Shown piece by piece: positions 33,980 through 46,584 of a stretch of DNA of 64,000 nucleotides (within the stretch, counting starts at the first letter, position 1; every line of letters begins with the position of its first letter). This stretch comes from an uncultured delta proteobacterium (GTDB lineage: Bacteria > Desulfobacterota > Desulfobacteria > Desulfobacterales > Desulfatirhabdiaceae): assembly GCA_963789395.1 (NCBI GenBank), contig CAWBKP010000005.1:64001-128000 (forward strand), given 5' to 3'. The notes below the pieces were generated by a model that did not search any database, was not told where the DNA came from, and saw only the letters and a program-made list of their open reading frames with translations. The translations under genes were made by a program, and so were the position numbers.

Positions 33980-34894
33980 TCAACTTGCTGCATCCGGCGG
34001 AAGAAAGGACACCTTGTTGCGGCCGCTTTCTTTTGAGGCGTACATGGCCCTGTCGGACCTGCCGACAAACGCTGTCAGTTCTTCTCCAGGAGCATACTCT
34101 GTGACGCCGATACTCATGGTAACCTGAATCGATCGGTCCGGACAGGGACAAAATGTGATAAATTCAAGTGCGTACTGAATTCTGTCAGCCACGGTTCTTG
34201 CCTCGTTACCCCCTGTGTAGGGTAAAATCACCGTGAATTCCTCTCCCCCATACCGGTATGCCGTATCCATGGTTCGCAGGCAGGTTTTGATCATCTGACC
34301 AACGGTGCTTAAAACCTTGTCACCTTCCAAATGGCCGTATGTATCATTGTAATTCTTGAAAAAATCGATATCAAGAAGCAACAGCGCCAGGGAATGGCCA
34401 TACCGATTGGCCCGTTCAATCTCCATTTTCAACTGTGCATAAAAATGCCTGGAATTATAGAGCTGCGTCAGTCCGTCTGTGATGGCAAGCCGCTGAAGAT
34501 CGGCCATCATGCGGTTGCGTTCCAGCCTGAACTCCCGCTCCTTGATCACCCTTTTTAACCGAAGCAGCAGTTCCTGAAACCGTATGGGTTTAAAGACAAA
34601 ATCGCTGGCGCCTTTTCCAATCGCCTCTTCGTAGGAATACTGTCCACTGAAACCTGTCATGACAATCACATCAATGTCATAGTCTTTTTTGATGATATCC
34701 GTCAATTCAAGCCCATCCATTCCGGGCATCATGATATCGGTTATGACAACTTGAAATTCTGATGTTTTAAGAATTTCGATAGCTTCTTCCGCGCAGGAAG
34801 CCACCTGGCAGTCATAGCCGGTCATTGTGACGAATTCGGCCATGGAATCACGGACAGACAAATCGTCTTCAACAATCAATATACGCCGATTCAT
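33980..34894 (-). CDS. Response-regulator diguanylate cyclase (REC-GGDEF)
   Basis: ILIVEDD, TDIMMP, KP; DGLT, DIDFFK, I-site RTMD and active site GGEEF. Confidence 0.95.
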   Translation of the reverse strand: MNRRILIVEDDLSVRDSMAEFVTMTGYDCQVASCAEEAIEILKTSEFQVVITDIMMPGMDGLELTDIIKKDYDIDVIVMTGFSGQYSYEEAIGKGASDFVFKPIRFQELLLRLKRVIKEREFRLERNRMMADLQRLAITDGLTQLYNSRHFYAQLKMEIERANRYGHSLALLLLDIDFFKNYNDTYGHLEGDKVLSTVGQMIKTCLRTMDTAYRYGGEEFTVILPYTGGNEARTVADRIQYALEFITFCPCPDRSIQVTMSIGVTEYAPGEELTAFVGRSDRAMYASKESGRNKVSFLPPDAAS

Positions 34895-35103
34895 GGTAAC
34901 CAAGGGTCCGGACGCTTGATAAAACTGGTTTCATTTAGAAAACAGGGCCGTTTCAACACGATTATCATGGCCGCTGTTGACATCATTCAAAGGAATCTGA
35001 TAAAAAGAGCTAATATTTTTATAATCTTATTAAATTAACGTGAATGAACACAGGTGTCAACTGACTTTTTTCAGTACAAAGTCAGGGAGAGAACGAACTG
35101 CAC

Positions 35104-36909
35104 ATGCATACCATCAGCTCCATCCGAAATTTCAGCATCATTGCTCATATTGACCATGGCAAATCCACGCTGTCCGACCGTCTGATTCAGGCTACGAATA
35201 TGGTCTCTGAGCGGGATTTCAAGGATCAGATCCTCGATTCCATGGATATTGAACGGGAGCGCGGCATTACCATAAAGAGCCAGACAATCTGTCTTCCCTA
35301 TACCGCCAAAGACGGCAAGACGTATAATTTAAACCTGATCGACACGCCGGGGCATGTGGACTTTACCTATGAAGTCTCCCGGGCACTGGCCTCCTGTGAA
35401 GGCGCACTGCTTCTGGTGGATGCCAGCCAGGGGGTGGAAGCACAAACCATCGCCAACCTTTACCTGGCCATGGAACACAATCTTGAGATCATTCCCATTA
35501 TCAACAAAATTGATCTGCCTTCCGCGGAAATTGAACGGGTGACAAACCAAATTGAATCCGACCTTGGCCTGGATCCGGACAAGATTATTCTGGCATCCGC
35601 CAAGGACGGCATCGGCATCCAGGATGTACTGGAGGGGATTGTAACCAAGCTGCCTCCCCCGGTCGGTGATCCGGATCTCCGTCTTGAAGCCCTCATTTTT
35701 GACAGCCATTATGATGCCTACCGCGGCACCATCGTCCATTTCCGGGTATTTCAGGGAACCATCCGCACCGGGGACACCATCATGTTCATGTTCAACAATG
35801 CCCGTTACAAGGTTGAAGAAGTCGGCATATTCCAGATCAAGCGGGTCCCGCAGCCTCAGCTGACCGCAGGCCAGGTCGGATATCTGATTGCCGGCATCAA
35901 AACGGTCAGCGACACCCGCTGCGGCGACACCATTACCCATGCCAATGCCCCCTGCGACAGCGCCAAGCCCGGGTTCAAGCTGGCAAAACCCGTTGTGTTC
36001 TCTTCGCTGTATCCGATTGCCGCCGATAATTATGCGGAATTGGCTGAAGGGCTGGAAAAACTTCAGTTGAATGACGCATCCCTTGTGTATGAGAAAGATT
36101 CCTCCGCAGCCCTTGGCTTTGGTTTCCGGTGCGGGTTTCTCGGGCTTTTGCATCTTGAAGTGGTTCAGGAAAGGCTGGAGCGCGAATTTGACCTGTCTCT
36201 GATTCTGACCGCACCGTCCGTCCAATACCAGCTCGTCATGAAGGACGGCTCCACCCAGATCATCGACAATCCGGCGCTTTATCCGGATCCCATGTCCATC
36301 CAAACCACCCGGGAGCCCTTCATTCGCGCCACCATCATAATTCCCGACAGGTACATGGGTGCTGTCATGAAGCTTTGCCTGGATCGCAGAGGGATAAACA
36401 CCAATTACCAGTATCTGACCAATAACCGGCTGGAGATGTTCTTTGAGCTTCCCCTGTCTGAAGTTGTTTATGATTTTTACGACCGGCTTAAATCCATCAC
36501 GCAGGGATATGGATCATTCGACTACGAACTGATCGATTTCAGGGAAACCCAGCTGGTCAAGATGGACATTTTGATAAACGGCGAACGGGTGGATGCGCTT
36601 TCCCAGCTTGTTCACAAGGATCGGTCCGTTGAACGGGCAAGAACGGCCTGCGAAAAGCTCCAGGAGGAGATCCCCAAACAAATGTACAAGATCGCCATCC
36701 AGGGAGCCATCGGCGGGACCATCATCGCGCGGACAACGGTATCTGCTTTTCGAAAGGATGTTACGGCCAAATGTTATGGCGGCGATATTTCCCGTAAGCG
36801 AAAGCTTCTTGAAAAGCAGAAAGCAGGAAAAAAACGCATGAAGATGGTCGGGAAAGTCATGATCCCCCAATCGGCGTTTCTGGCGGTATTAAAGACGGAT
36901 ACGGATTAG
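35104..36909 (+). CDS. lepA: Elongation factor 4
   Basis: [47 protein letters not shown]. Confidence 0.98.
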   Translation: MHTISSIRNFSIIAHIDHGKSTLSDRLIQATNMVSERDFKDQILDSMDIERERGITIKSQTICLPYTAKDGKTYNLNLIDTPGHVDFTYEVSRALASCEGALLLVDASQGVEAQTIANLYLAMEHNLEIIPIINKIDLPSAEIERVTNQIESDLGLDPDKIILASAKDGIGIQDVLEGIVTKLPPPVGDPDLRLEALIFDSHYDAYRGTIVHFRVFQGTIRTGDTIMFMFNNARYKVEEVGIFQIKRVPQPQLTAGQVGYLIAGIKTVSDTRCGDTITHANAPCDSAKPGFKLAKPVVFSSLYPIAADNYAELAEGLEKLQLNDASLVYEKDSSAALGFGFRCGFLGLLHLEVVQERLEREFDLSLILTAPSVQYQLVMKDGSTQIIDNPALYPDPMSIQTTREPFIRATIIIPDRYMGAVMKLCLDRRGINTNYQYLTNNRLEMFFELPLSEVVYDFYDRLKSITQGYGSFDYELIDFRETQLVKMDILINGERVDALSQLVHKDRSVERARTACEKLQEEIPKQMYKIAIQGAIGGTIIARTTVSAFRKDVTAKCYGGDISRKRKLLEKQKAGKKRMKMVGKVMIPQSAFLAVLKTDTD

Positions 36910-36953
36910 AGGCCCTGGCCGCTTTCACAGATATTTTACTGGAGAAAAACCAA

Positions 36954-38242
36954 ATGGGAAGAACTGTTGCCGAGAAAATATTTGATGCTCACCGGGTGGA
37001 CAACCCCTTTGGCGATATTCACGTCATTCGACTGGATGCTGTTTTCTGCCATGAAATTACCACCCCCATTGCGATCAATGATCTGATCTCCCGCGGAAAA
37101 GACCGGGTGTTTAACCCGTCAAAGATCAAAGTCGTCATCGATCATGTCTCGCCTGCCAAAGATTCCAAGACCGCGCTTCAGGGCAAGATTCTTCGCGACT
37201 GGGCCCACCGGCATCGCATCCTTGATTTTTTTGATATCGGCAGAAACGGCGTCTGTCATGCGCTTTTCCCGGAAAAAGGCTTTGTCCGGCCGGGGTATAC
37301 CATCATCATGGGGGATTCTCACACCTGTACCCATGGGGCTTTTGGCGCCTTTGCCGCAGGCGTGGGAACAACCGATCTGGAAGTCGGCATCTTGAAAGGG
37401 GTGTGCGCCTTTCACTATCCCCAGTCCATAAAAATCGTCATCACCGGCAACCTGCCTGAAGGCGTTTATGCCAAAGATGTGATTCTATCGATTATCGGCC
37501 GCATCGGGGTGAATGGCGCTACCAATAAAATCATTGAATTTACCGGGCCTGTCGTCGACGCCATGAGCATGGAAGGCCGGATGACGATCTGCAATATGGC
37601 TGTTGAAGCCGGAGCCACCTGCGGAATCTGCTACCCTGACAGGACGACCGTTGCTTATCTTATGGGAATTTATCCAAAATGATTACGGCAGTCCGGATGA
37701 GGCCCTGGATGATTTTTCAAAAATTCTTCCGGATGAAGATGCCGACTATGAAGAAATCCTGGAGCATGACGTGTCGGAATTGGAGCCTCAGGTCACTTTC
37801 GGATACAAACCCGATCAGGTTACCGCTGCCCGAAAACTGAATGGAACGCCCGTGGATCAGGTATATATCGGCTCCTGCACAAACGGCAGAATGGAAGATC
37901 TGCGAATTGCCGCTCAGGTGCTGAAGGGCAAACGAATCAAGGATACGGTCCGGGGCATCGTATCTCCTGCCACGCCCAAAATTTTTCGCCAGGCCCTTGA
38001 GGAAGGCATCCTCCAGATTTTTCTGGATGCCGGGTTCTGCGTCACCAATCCCACATGCGGGGCCTGCCTGGGAATGAGCAATGGGGTCCTTGCAGAAGGC
38101 GAGGTCTGCGCCTCCACCACGAACCGCAACTTTAACGGGAGAATGGGAAAAGGCGGCATGGTGCATCTGATGAGCCCGGCAACCGCGGCAGCCTCTGCAC
38201 TGGCCGGGCATATCACCCCGTGGGTCCCACCCCTGATTGTTG
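36954..38242 (+). CDS. leuC: 3-isopropylmalate dehydratase large subunit (short, homoaconitase-like type; frameshifted; 3' end uncertain)
   Basis: DSHTCTHGAFG, IGSCTNGR, CGACLG, STTNRNFNGRMG. Confidence 0.9.
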
Positions 38243-38283
38243 ATTTTTTTACCAAAAGCCAGCAAAATCAAGCGAGACAATTT

Positions 38284-38808
38284 ATGAAACAATTCAGCGG
38301 ACCGGTTCTTTTTCTGGATCGTTCAGACATCAATACGGATGAAATCATTCCTGCCAGATATTTAACTGAAAACACCAGAGAAGCGCTTCAGCCGTTTCTT
38401 CTCGAGGATATCGCCCTGGAGGGTTTCAACCCCGGAACCGACCTTCACGCCAAATCGGTGATTATCACCCGCGCCAATTTCGGCTGCGGTTCTTCACGGG
38501 AACATGCACCCTGGGCGCTTGAAACAAACGGCATCCACTTGGTGATTGCGGAAAGCTTTGCCAGAATTTTCAAACAGAACATGTTTAACTGCGGCATGAT
38601 GGCCATTGAGCTTTCAGCCGAGACCCTGGATGAGATATTTTCCACTTACGCAGGAACAGAGACGCAGTTAATCACGCAACTCGACAATAACCGTTTTATC
38701 ATAAAAAATCAAAATCACACCCATACCCTTTCATTTTCCCTGTCCGGGTTCAACCTGGCACTGGTCATGGCCGGCGGATGGGTGGAGTATGCGGATCTGC
38801 ATTATTGA
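38284..38808 (+). CDS. leuD: 3-isopropylmalate dehydratase small subunit
   Basis: DINTDEIIP, NFGCGSSREHA, SFARIF. Confidence 0.92.
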   Translation: MKQFSGPVLFLDRSDINTDEIIPARYLTENTREALQPFLLEDIALEGFNPGTDLHAKSVIITRANFGCGSSREHAPWALETNGIHLVIAESFARIFKQNMFNCGMMAIELSAETLDEIFSTYAGTETQLITQLDNNRFIIKNQNHTHTLSFSLSGFNLALVMAGGWVEYADLHY

Positions 38809-38980
38809 CGGGGCCTGCTCCTGTCATTTTTTCCAGGCATCGAACGTATGCATTCCCGCAAAAAATTAATTTCATTGCTTGACTCCCCTGGATAATTGAT
38901 ATATGGACTTTGCCCGATAGATAAAAAGATCTGGTGGAAATTTTTTCACCGTAATTCCCTGATGAAAGGAGGCTTGTTAA

Positions 38981-39169
38981 ATGGCTTTTAACCCCGTTGT
39001 TGATGAAGACAAATGTGAAGGCTGCGAAGAATGCGTGGATGTTTGCCCTGTTGAAGTATTTGAAATGGTTGATGGAAAATCATCCCCGGTTAATGCAGAA
39101 GAATGTCTTGGCTGTGAAAGCTGCGTTGAGGTTTGTGAACCCGGCGCAATCACCGTCGAAGAAACCTGA
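38981..39169 (+). CDS. 2[4Fe-4S] ferredoxin
   Basis: CxxCxxCxxxCP and CxxCxxCxxxC motifs; AAGGAGG RBS. Confidence 0.95.
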   Translation: MAFNPVVDEDKCEGCEECVDVCPVEVFEMVDGKSSPVNAEECLGCESCVEVCEPGAITVEET

Positions 39170-39191
39170 TCAGACATCCGGTTCCCTGGAC

Positions 39192-39727
39192 CTGAATCAA
39201 GAGCCAGGGAACTTCAAGCTGTCATACCAGCTTATTCCCACCGCCTGGGGTAATGCGGCGGTTGTATATCAGAACCCGCCCTGTTTTATTCAAGAAATAG
39301 TTTTACCTTCCCCTGATACCGTCATCCGCATCCAGTATCTCTTGACTGAACCCGACGTCTCTTCTGCTGCCCGCCTCCGGTAACTACCCTGGTCCGGTGG
39401 ATAGCCGATTATTTTAAGGGAAAACCGGTCTGAAATCCATCACCGATGTGGGAATGGCTCGACTTTGGATCCGCAACCGTGCTTCAGAAAGCGGTTTACC
39501 ATGCCACATTTCAAATACCCTATGGGCAGACCCGGTCTTACCGCCAGATTGCCGAAACAGCCGGCAGGCCCGGCGCCAGCCGGTTTGTTGGAAATACCAT
39601 GGCAAAAAATCCGTTTCCGGTACTGATTCCCTGCCACAGAGTCATCCGCAGCAACGGCAGTCTGGGACAGTTCGGCGGAGGCGTGGATCTGAAACGGAAA
39701 ATGCTTGAAATCGAGGCGGCAGTATGA
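39192..39727 (+). CDS. ogt: Methylated-DNA--protein-cysteine methyltransferase (frameshifted, start approximate)
   Basis: IPYGQTRSY, RFVGN, NPFPVLIPCHRVI. Confidence 0.85.
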
Positions 39728-39747
39728 GGCAGAGAGCATCCGCATAC

Positions 39748-40755
39748 TTATGGATGTTGACGCGATAGCACTTTTGAATAGACATCATCGGTCAAGCTGC
39801 AGACATGGCCGGCCCAAAGATAATGATAACCGGTCGCTGCAATCATGGCGGCATTATCTCCGCAGAATGCCAGGAGACGGAATAAAAACCGAAAGCCCTT
39901 TTTCTGCGGCGGACGCATTGACCTTTTCCCTTAACCGGGAATTGGCCGCCACACCTCCCACAACCGCTATCCGGCTGCACTGTCTGGACAGGGCGGCCTG
40001 AGTCAGTTTAAACGTCAGCACATCCGCCACTGCCTCCTGAAACCCTGCCACGATATCCGGAATGTTTTCCTTGATAATCATGGGTCTCAATATACCGCCG
40101 GACCGCTGATTTCAGGCCGCTGAAACTGAAATCCGAATCCGCTTTATCCAGATAGGGCCTGGGAAATTGGATTCGAAACGGATCACCTTTTCGGGAAATT
40201 TCCTCGATCGCCGCGCCCCCCGGATATCCCAGACCCAGCATTTTCGCCACCTTGTCAAAGGCCTCTCCGGCGGCATCATCACGGGTCTGGCCCATCAGTT
40301 CGCAAGCGGTATGGGACGCAACATGGTAAATTCCGGTATGGCCTCCGGAAACCAGCAAGGCAACAAATGGAAACTCGGGAGAATCCGCCTCCAGAAACAC
40401 GGAATGAATATGCCCTTCAAGATGGTTCACCCCCACACAGGGAATGTTCAGCGCATAGGCATAGGCTTTGGCAAACGAAAACCCGACCAGCAGCGCGCCG
40501 ATCAGACCTGGCCCCTGAGTCACAGCCACGGCATCAATCTGGTTTGCAGAAATCCCCGAGCGCTCAATCGCTTCGGAAACCACCTGCGAAATGGCTTCCA
40601 GGTGTTTGCGGGAAGCCAGCTCCGGAACAACGCCGCCATAAGGATGATGAACTGCCGTCTGTGAAGCCACCACCGACGAACGGACGATATTCCCCCCGCT
40701 GACCACGGCAGCCGCTGTTTCATCACAGGATGTTTCAATGCCCAATATGATTCAT
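39748..40755 (-). CDS. tsaD: tRNA threonylcarbamoyltransferase (frameshifted)
   Basis: GIETSCDET, GGVVPELASR, HLEGH, SGGHT, DDAAGEAFDK, GGVAAN, DNAAMIA. Confidence 0.95.
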
Positions 40756-42597
40756 GACTCTTCAAGATCAACGGTTTCAATGTGAATGGAAAACTGCTTC
40801 AGGCCAAGATGATGCTGCGTGCAGAATGCACGGATGGCTTTCAGCCGATCCGGATCATTCTCCCTGAAGGAAATGAGCAGGCTGGTGACCGCTTTTTGCT
40901 GAACCAGCGACCTTCAGATTGTCAAATGTGCCCAGAACTGAATATCCCTGAAGTTTTTTTCCGGTCTTTAGCGGATCATCATCAATAAAACCGACGGGTT
41001 TAATCTTCAGTTGTTTATTGTTGAGGATTTCCCGCAGCAGGATTTCCCCTCCCCTTCCCGCCCCATAGATCAGAATCTGTTCACCGGAAAGCGCCTTTCG
41101 TTTCATGGCATCCCCGGTCAGCCTGAAAAACCCGCGGGTCCCCAGGATGGCTCCGGTGGTGATAAACCAGTCCACGATAAAAATGCCTTTTGAAAAATCT
41201 TCAAACCGATACACAAAGGTCACTGCCGTAATCGAAAGAAAAGAGGCAAGGGTGGAAGCCTTCAGATAAACCGCAACGTCATTGGAGCTCAGATATCCCC
41301 AGAGGCTTCGGTACACCCCGCATCAAAAAAAACGCCGTGAGTTTGCAGGCAATCACCGCCGGAAGAGACTTCAAAAATACCTTGAAATAATAGGGAAACT
41401 GGAATGAATCAAATCGAAGCCGGTAGGAAAGATAATAGGAAAAGGCAATGAGACAAAAATCGAGAACAACCAGAACAATCTGTTTTTTATAGGTCAGCTC
41501 AACAAGAATCGGGGTAAATGTTCGGCCGCGAAGCACGGAAAACTCTTTTTCCGGATATACGCGAAGCTGGGACAGATAAATTCCCATGAGAAGAATCGAC
41601 AGCATCACCGGAATAATGACAGAAGGCGACGTGAAGGTATCGCTTCTGCTGACAAAAATGGCCGCGATTCCGGATACCAGCCCGACCCCGTATAAAAACA
41701 GCACGGCTTTTTTTTCACTGAACCCCATCAGCACCAGGCGATGGGACGTATGATCCTTGCCGCCGGTTGAAGCCTTTCTCCCGCTGAGAAGCCTCACCAG
41801 CGTCACCATCGTGGTATCGAGTATGGGAACCATGGCAATCATCACCGGAACCGCAATGGGAGCCATGGAATTGCCGGCGCTCATTCCGGACAGGCCCAGG
41901 CTGAGCAGCGAAATGCCGAATCCGATCATCAGGGAGCCGCAGTCGCCCATGAAAATGGATGCCGGGTTGAAATTATAAACCAGAAACGCAGCGGAGGCGC
42001 CCGCCAGAATGGCGGCGCATTGAGCATATTCAGGGCTGATTCCCGATAAAATGACCGCCAGAAATACGGCGGCAATCATGCCGGTCCCTGCGCAAAGACC
42101 ATCCATGTTATCCAGCAGGTTAAAGGCATTGGTGATGCCCACGATCCAGAAAATGGTCATCAGGGTGTCCAGTGTCAGCGAAGTCACCCACTGAAGCCTG
42201 AAGCCCAGAAACGCGATCAGGGATGCGACCAGAATCTGACCCAGCAACTTGCTCTGGGGTTTTAACCGGATCACATCATCCACGAATCCCAGTAAAAACA
42301 TCAACGTGATGCCAATGCACAAGACCGGTGCAAAAGAAGAAAGAGCAGCTGTTTTCGGCGGATCTGCCAGGAGAAGAAGTGCGGCGCTGAAATCCGAAAT
42401 AACAAACAGGGGAATGGCGACTGCCAGATAAATGGCAATCCCTCCGAACAGCGCCGTTGGTTTATTATGCCACCGGTCTTCAGCAGGGACGCGCCATCCA
42501 GCCCTTTTTCAGGGCAATTTGCCGGACAAGCGGCGTCAGAATCAGGCAAATGGCAAAGGATATTCCAGGAAGCAGAAGGGTCATAAAAAGCCGTCAA
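40752..42597 (-). CDS. WecA/MraY-family polyprenyl-phosphate sugar-1-P transferase with a C-terminal CapD-like membrane + Rossmann extension (frameshifted)
   Basis: GFVDD, NAFNLLDNMDGL, NFNPASIFMGDCG, DHTSHRL; tail YRSLW, IYGAGRGG, GFIDDD. Confidence 0.85.
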
Positions 42598-42773
42598 TGG
42601 CGATAGTGAAGAATCAAGCGGTTTAATTTCCGGTGATCCGAATGGCTCCTACCGGCCGCAGATTTTGGCTAAGTTTTGGGATCCACTGTTTCACCTTTCG
42701 GTCAGCCATCGAATTGCAGGCATCTGCATGCTGAAAAAAGGAAATTGCGGTTGTCAGAACTGGTTTTTCAGGC

Positions 42774-43817
42774 TCATATCCAGGCAATTCTTTCCTCTGA
42801 GTCTTTTCTCTCAACGACTTCACCCATCAAAAACGCCTGCACCTCCGCACCGTTTAATCGCTCCAGCACATCCTGAGCGGCCTGCTCCGGAACAACCGCA
42901 ATCATTCCGATGCCGTTATTGAAGGTGCGCATCATTTCCGCATCCGAGACATTTCCTGCATCCTGAAGAAAATTAAAGACCGGAGGGATCGACCAACTGC
43001 CTTTTTTGATCAGCACTTTGCAGGACCGGGGAAGGATTCTGACGACATTTTCAGAAATACCGCCGCCCGTAATGTGGGCAAGGCCGTGAATGGGAAGATC
43101 CCGAATCAGCATCAGAATGGTTTCCGAATATATCCGGGTAGGCGTCAGCAGCTCTTCGCCAAGGGTTTTCCCCAGGTCCGGAACATAGGCATCAATCGAC
43201 AGCTTTAATACATCAAAGCAGATTTTTCGAACCAGGGAATAGCCGTTGCTGTGAAGCCCGCTGGATGAAATGCCGATGAGTTTGTGGCCCACCCGGATTT
43301 CAGAGCCGTCGATAATCTTGCTGTTGTCCACAAGCCCGACTGCAAAACCGGCCAGGTCGTACTCATTGTCCTGATAGATTCCGGGCATTTCCGCGGTTTC
43401 TCCGCCGATCAGCGCACAATTGGCCTGCCGGCATCCTTCACCAATCCCCTTGATGATATCGGCGGCCACTTCCGTTCTCAGGCAGCCCACGGCCAGATAA
43501 TCCAGAAAAAAAAGCGGTTTTGCACCCTGAACCACCACATCATTGACACTCATGGCCACCAGATCAATGCCGATTGTATCATGCTTATCCGTCATGAAAG
43601 CGATCTTGAGCTTGGTGCCCACCCCATCTGTTGAGCTGACCAGAACCGGTCTTTCAATATTGGTCAGGTTGAGCGAAAACAAACCGCCAAATCCACCGAT
43701 TTCCCCCATCACGCCGGTTCTGGGGGTGTGGCTGGCAATGGATTTGATCGTGCGTATCAAATCGTTTGCTCTATCAATATCTACGCCTGCATCCGCATAG
43801 GTTAGAGACTTGGCCAT
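42774..43817 (-). CDS. purM: AIR synthetase
   Basis: YADAGVD, DGVGTKL, GGETAEMPG, SSGLHSNG, AHITGGG, TFNNGIG. Confidence 0.97.
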   Translation of the reverse strand: MAKSLTYADAGVDIDRANDLIRTIKSIASHTPRTGVMGEIGGFGGLFSLNLTNIERPVLVSSTDGVGTKLKIAFMTDKHDTIGIDLVAMSVNDVVVQGAKPLFFLDYLAVGCLRTEVAADIIKGIGEGCRQANCALIGGETAEMPGIYQDNEYDLAGFAVGLVDNSKIIDGSEIRVGHKLIGISSSGLHSNGYSLVRKICFDVLKLSIDAYVPDLGKTLGEELLTPTRIYSETILMLIRDLPIHGLAHITGGGISENVVRILPRSCKVLIKKGSWSIPPVFNFLQDAGNVSDAEMMRTFNNGIGMIAVVPEQAAQDVLERLNGAEVQAFLMGEVVERKDSEERIAWI

Positions 43818-44037
43818 GAGTATCTCCTTGATAATGGACGAAAAACTTGAAATTATTCAGAATATCTAAACAGTTTTGGCTAAAAAGTCAAAACATTTTT
43901 TGACATGCAGCAGCGTTGTATTGTATGGAACAGCATGGATTTTCCAACAAGAAGAGTGGATTAAGCATTGGACAAGGGCAGTAGTACTTCTAATTCAAAT
44001 CATGACGGATTGCATACCGTTGCGTTAGAGGTGTATC

Positions 44038-45205
44038 GTGACAAAATTTGCCAGACTGGACCGACTGCCGCCTTATGTCTTTGCTACTGTCAACAAGATC
44101 AAGATGGAAGCCAGACATGCGGGAAAAGACATCATTGATCTGGGAATGGGCAACCCGGATCTGGGAACGCCCCGCCATATCGTCGACAAATTGATTGAAG
44201 CGGCGCAAAAACCCCACAACCATCGCTATTCCGCTTCGATGGGAATCACCCGGCTGCGGCTGGCCATATCCGAGTGGTACAAAAGGCGCTTTGATGTGGA
44301 TATTGATCCGGATTCAGAAGCGATCGTGACCATCGGCATCAAGGAAGGACTCTCCCACCTGGTGCTGGTCACCATTCGGCCGGGCGATGTGGTCTTTACC
44401 CCCAACCCCACCTATCCGATTCACCCCTATTCCGCCATCATTGCCGGCGGTGATGTCCGGGGAATTCCCGTGGGCCCGGACTGTGATTTTTTCGAGAACC
44501 TGATAGCCGCCACCAAACAGACCTGGCCCCGGCCAAAGGTGCTCATCATTTCCTATCCCCACAACCCGACCACGGAAGTCGTTGATCTGGATTTTTTCCA
44601 GAAAATCGTGGACTACGCCAAAGAGCATGACATGCTGGTCATCCATGATTTTGCCTATGCGGATCTGACTTTTGACGGCTACAAGGCGCCAAGTTTTCTT
44701 CAGGCCAAAGGCGCAAAAGATGTGGGCGTGGAATTTTTTTCCCTGTCCAAAAGCTACAGCATGGCGGGTTGGCGCATGGGATTCTGCGTGGGAAACGCCG
44801 AAACCGTCGGCGCTTTAAAGCGCATCAAAAGCTATCTCGATTATGGGGTTTTTCAACCCATTCAGATCGCCTCCATCATCGCCCTGAACGGCCCCCAGGA
44901 ATGCGTTCAGGAAATGCGGGACACATATATGGAAAGAAGGGATGCGCTGATTTCCGGCCTTCAACCGGATTGGTTGGGAAATTAAAAGCCCCAAAGGGAC
45001 CATGTTCGTATGGGCTAAAATTCCCGACAGATTCGTCAAAATGGGATCCGTGGAATTTGCGAAATTTTTGATCAATGAAACCCAGGTGGCGGTATCTCCC
45101 GGCCTGGGCTTTGGCGAATACGGCGATGAATACGTCCGGTTTGCCCTCATTGAAAATCCCATGCGGATCAATCAGGCCGTCAGGGGCATTCGAAAGGTCA
45201 TGTAG
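44038..45205 (+). CDS. alaC: PLP-dependent class I/II aminotransferase, AlaC-like (frameshifted)
   Basis: [44 protein letters not shown]. Confidence 0.85.
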
Positions 45206-45206
45206 C

Positions 45207-46524
45207 ATGAAAACAATTAACATTGGACTTCTGGGTTGCGGTACGGTCGGAACCGGCGTTGCCAGAATCCTGCTCCAGAATCAAGAGATCCTCCGTTCCC
45301 GGGTGGGCGCTGTGCTCAACCTGAAACGCATCGCCGATATCGACATCGACCGCGACCGGGGAATTTTATTTGAAAAAGATGTGCTGACGACAAATGCGGA
45401 TTCGATTGTCACAGATCCGGAAATTGATATTGTCATTGAAACCATCGGCGGCCTGGGCATTGCCAAGACCTTGATATTGAAAGCCATCGCCAACGGCAAA
45501 CAGGTGGTCACCGCCAACAAGGCCCTTCTGGCCAGCGAGGGGAACAGCCTTTTTCGAATTGCCGCGAGAAAAAGGGGTGGAGCTTGCCTTTGAGGCCAGC
45601 GTCGGCGGATGCATGCCGGTGATCAAAACGCTTCGGGAATCGCTTGTCGGAAACCAGATCCAGGCCATGTCCGGAATCCTGAATGGCACCTGCAATTACA
45701 TTCTATCCAAAATCACCGATGATGGCGGCACGTTTGAAACCGCCCTGGCAAAAGCTCAGAGCAAGGGATTTGCGGAAGCGGACCCAACGCTGGATGTCGA
45801 GGGCTTCGACACGGCCCACAAACTGGCGATTCTGACCTCTCTGGCCTATGGGGCCGATCTTTGCCTCGATGATATTTATGTTGAGGGCATATCCAAAATC
45901 ACCCCCCTGGATATCGAATTCGCCGGACAGTTCGGCTATAAAATCAAGCTGCTGGCAATCAGCAAAAACAGAGGCAATGCCGTTGAGGCCCGGGTTCATC
46001 CGACCATGATTCCCTTTGACAATATTCTGTCCAGCGTCAATGGTCCGCTGAATGCCATCACCATCACCGGCGATGCCGCAGGGGATATCCTGCTCTATGG
46101 CAAAGGCGCGGGCATGATGCCGACTGCCAGCGCCGTTGTCAGCGATGTGGTGGACATCGCCAGAAACCTGTTGACCGGCGCTGTCGGCAGGGTGCCGCTG
46201 CTTTCCTATCAGAAGGATCACATTCACCGGATTCCGGTGATGCCGGTCGATGAAATCATCTCCCACTATTATTTCCGGTTCGCCGCCCTTGACCAGCCCG
46301 GCGTGCTGTCTAAAATTTCGGGGATTCTGGGAAATCACGGCATCAGCCTGAAATCCGTTCACCAAAAAGGCCGCAAGTCCGGCGGTTCCGTTCCGCTGGT
46401 CATGATGACGCACCTGGCCAAGGAATCCAATGTCCAGCTTGCCCTTTCCGAGATTGTTCAACTGGAGGTTGTCAGCGACATGCCGGCATTGATCCGCGTG
46501 GAAGACTCCAACGGTTCCGATTAA
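45207..46524 (+). CDS. hom: Homoserine dehydrogenase with ACT domain (frameshifted)
   Basis: GCGTVG, VVTANK, EASVGG, GILNGTCNYIL, AEADPT, DQPGVL. Confidence 0.95.
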
Positions 46525-46584
46525 TTCCCAAAGAGGCGCAGGATAGCTCCACGCTTGCGGCGCTTAACCCCATAGTGAGGCATT

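Noticed and set aside
39181..39212. Hairpin GTTCCCTGG...CCAGGGAAC after the ferredoxin gene as a terminator
   Set aside because: It has a 14-nt loop, no U-tract, and overlaps the probable ogt start, so support is too weak.
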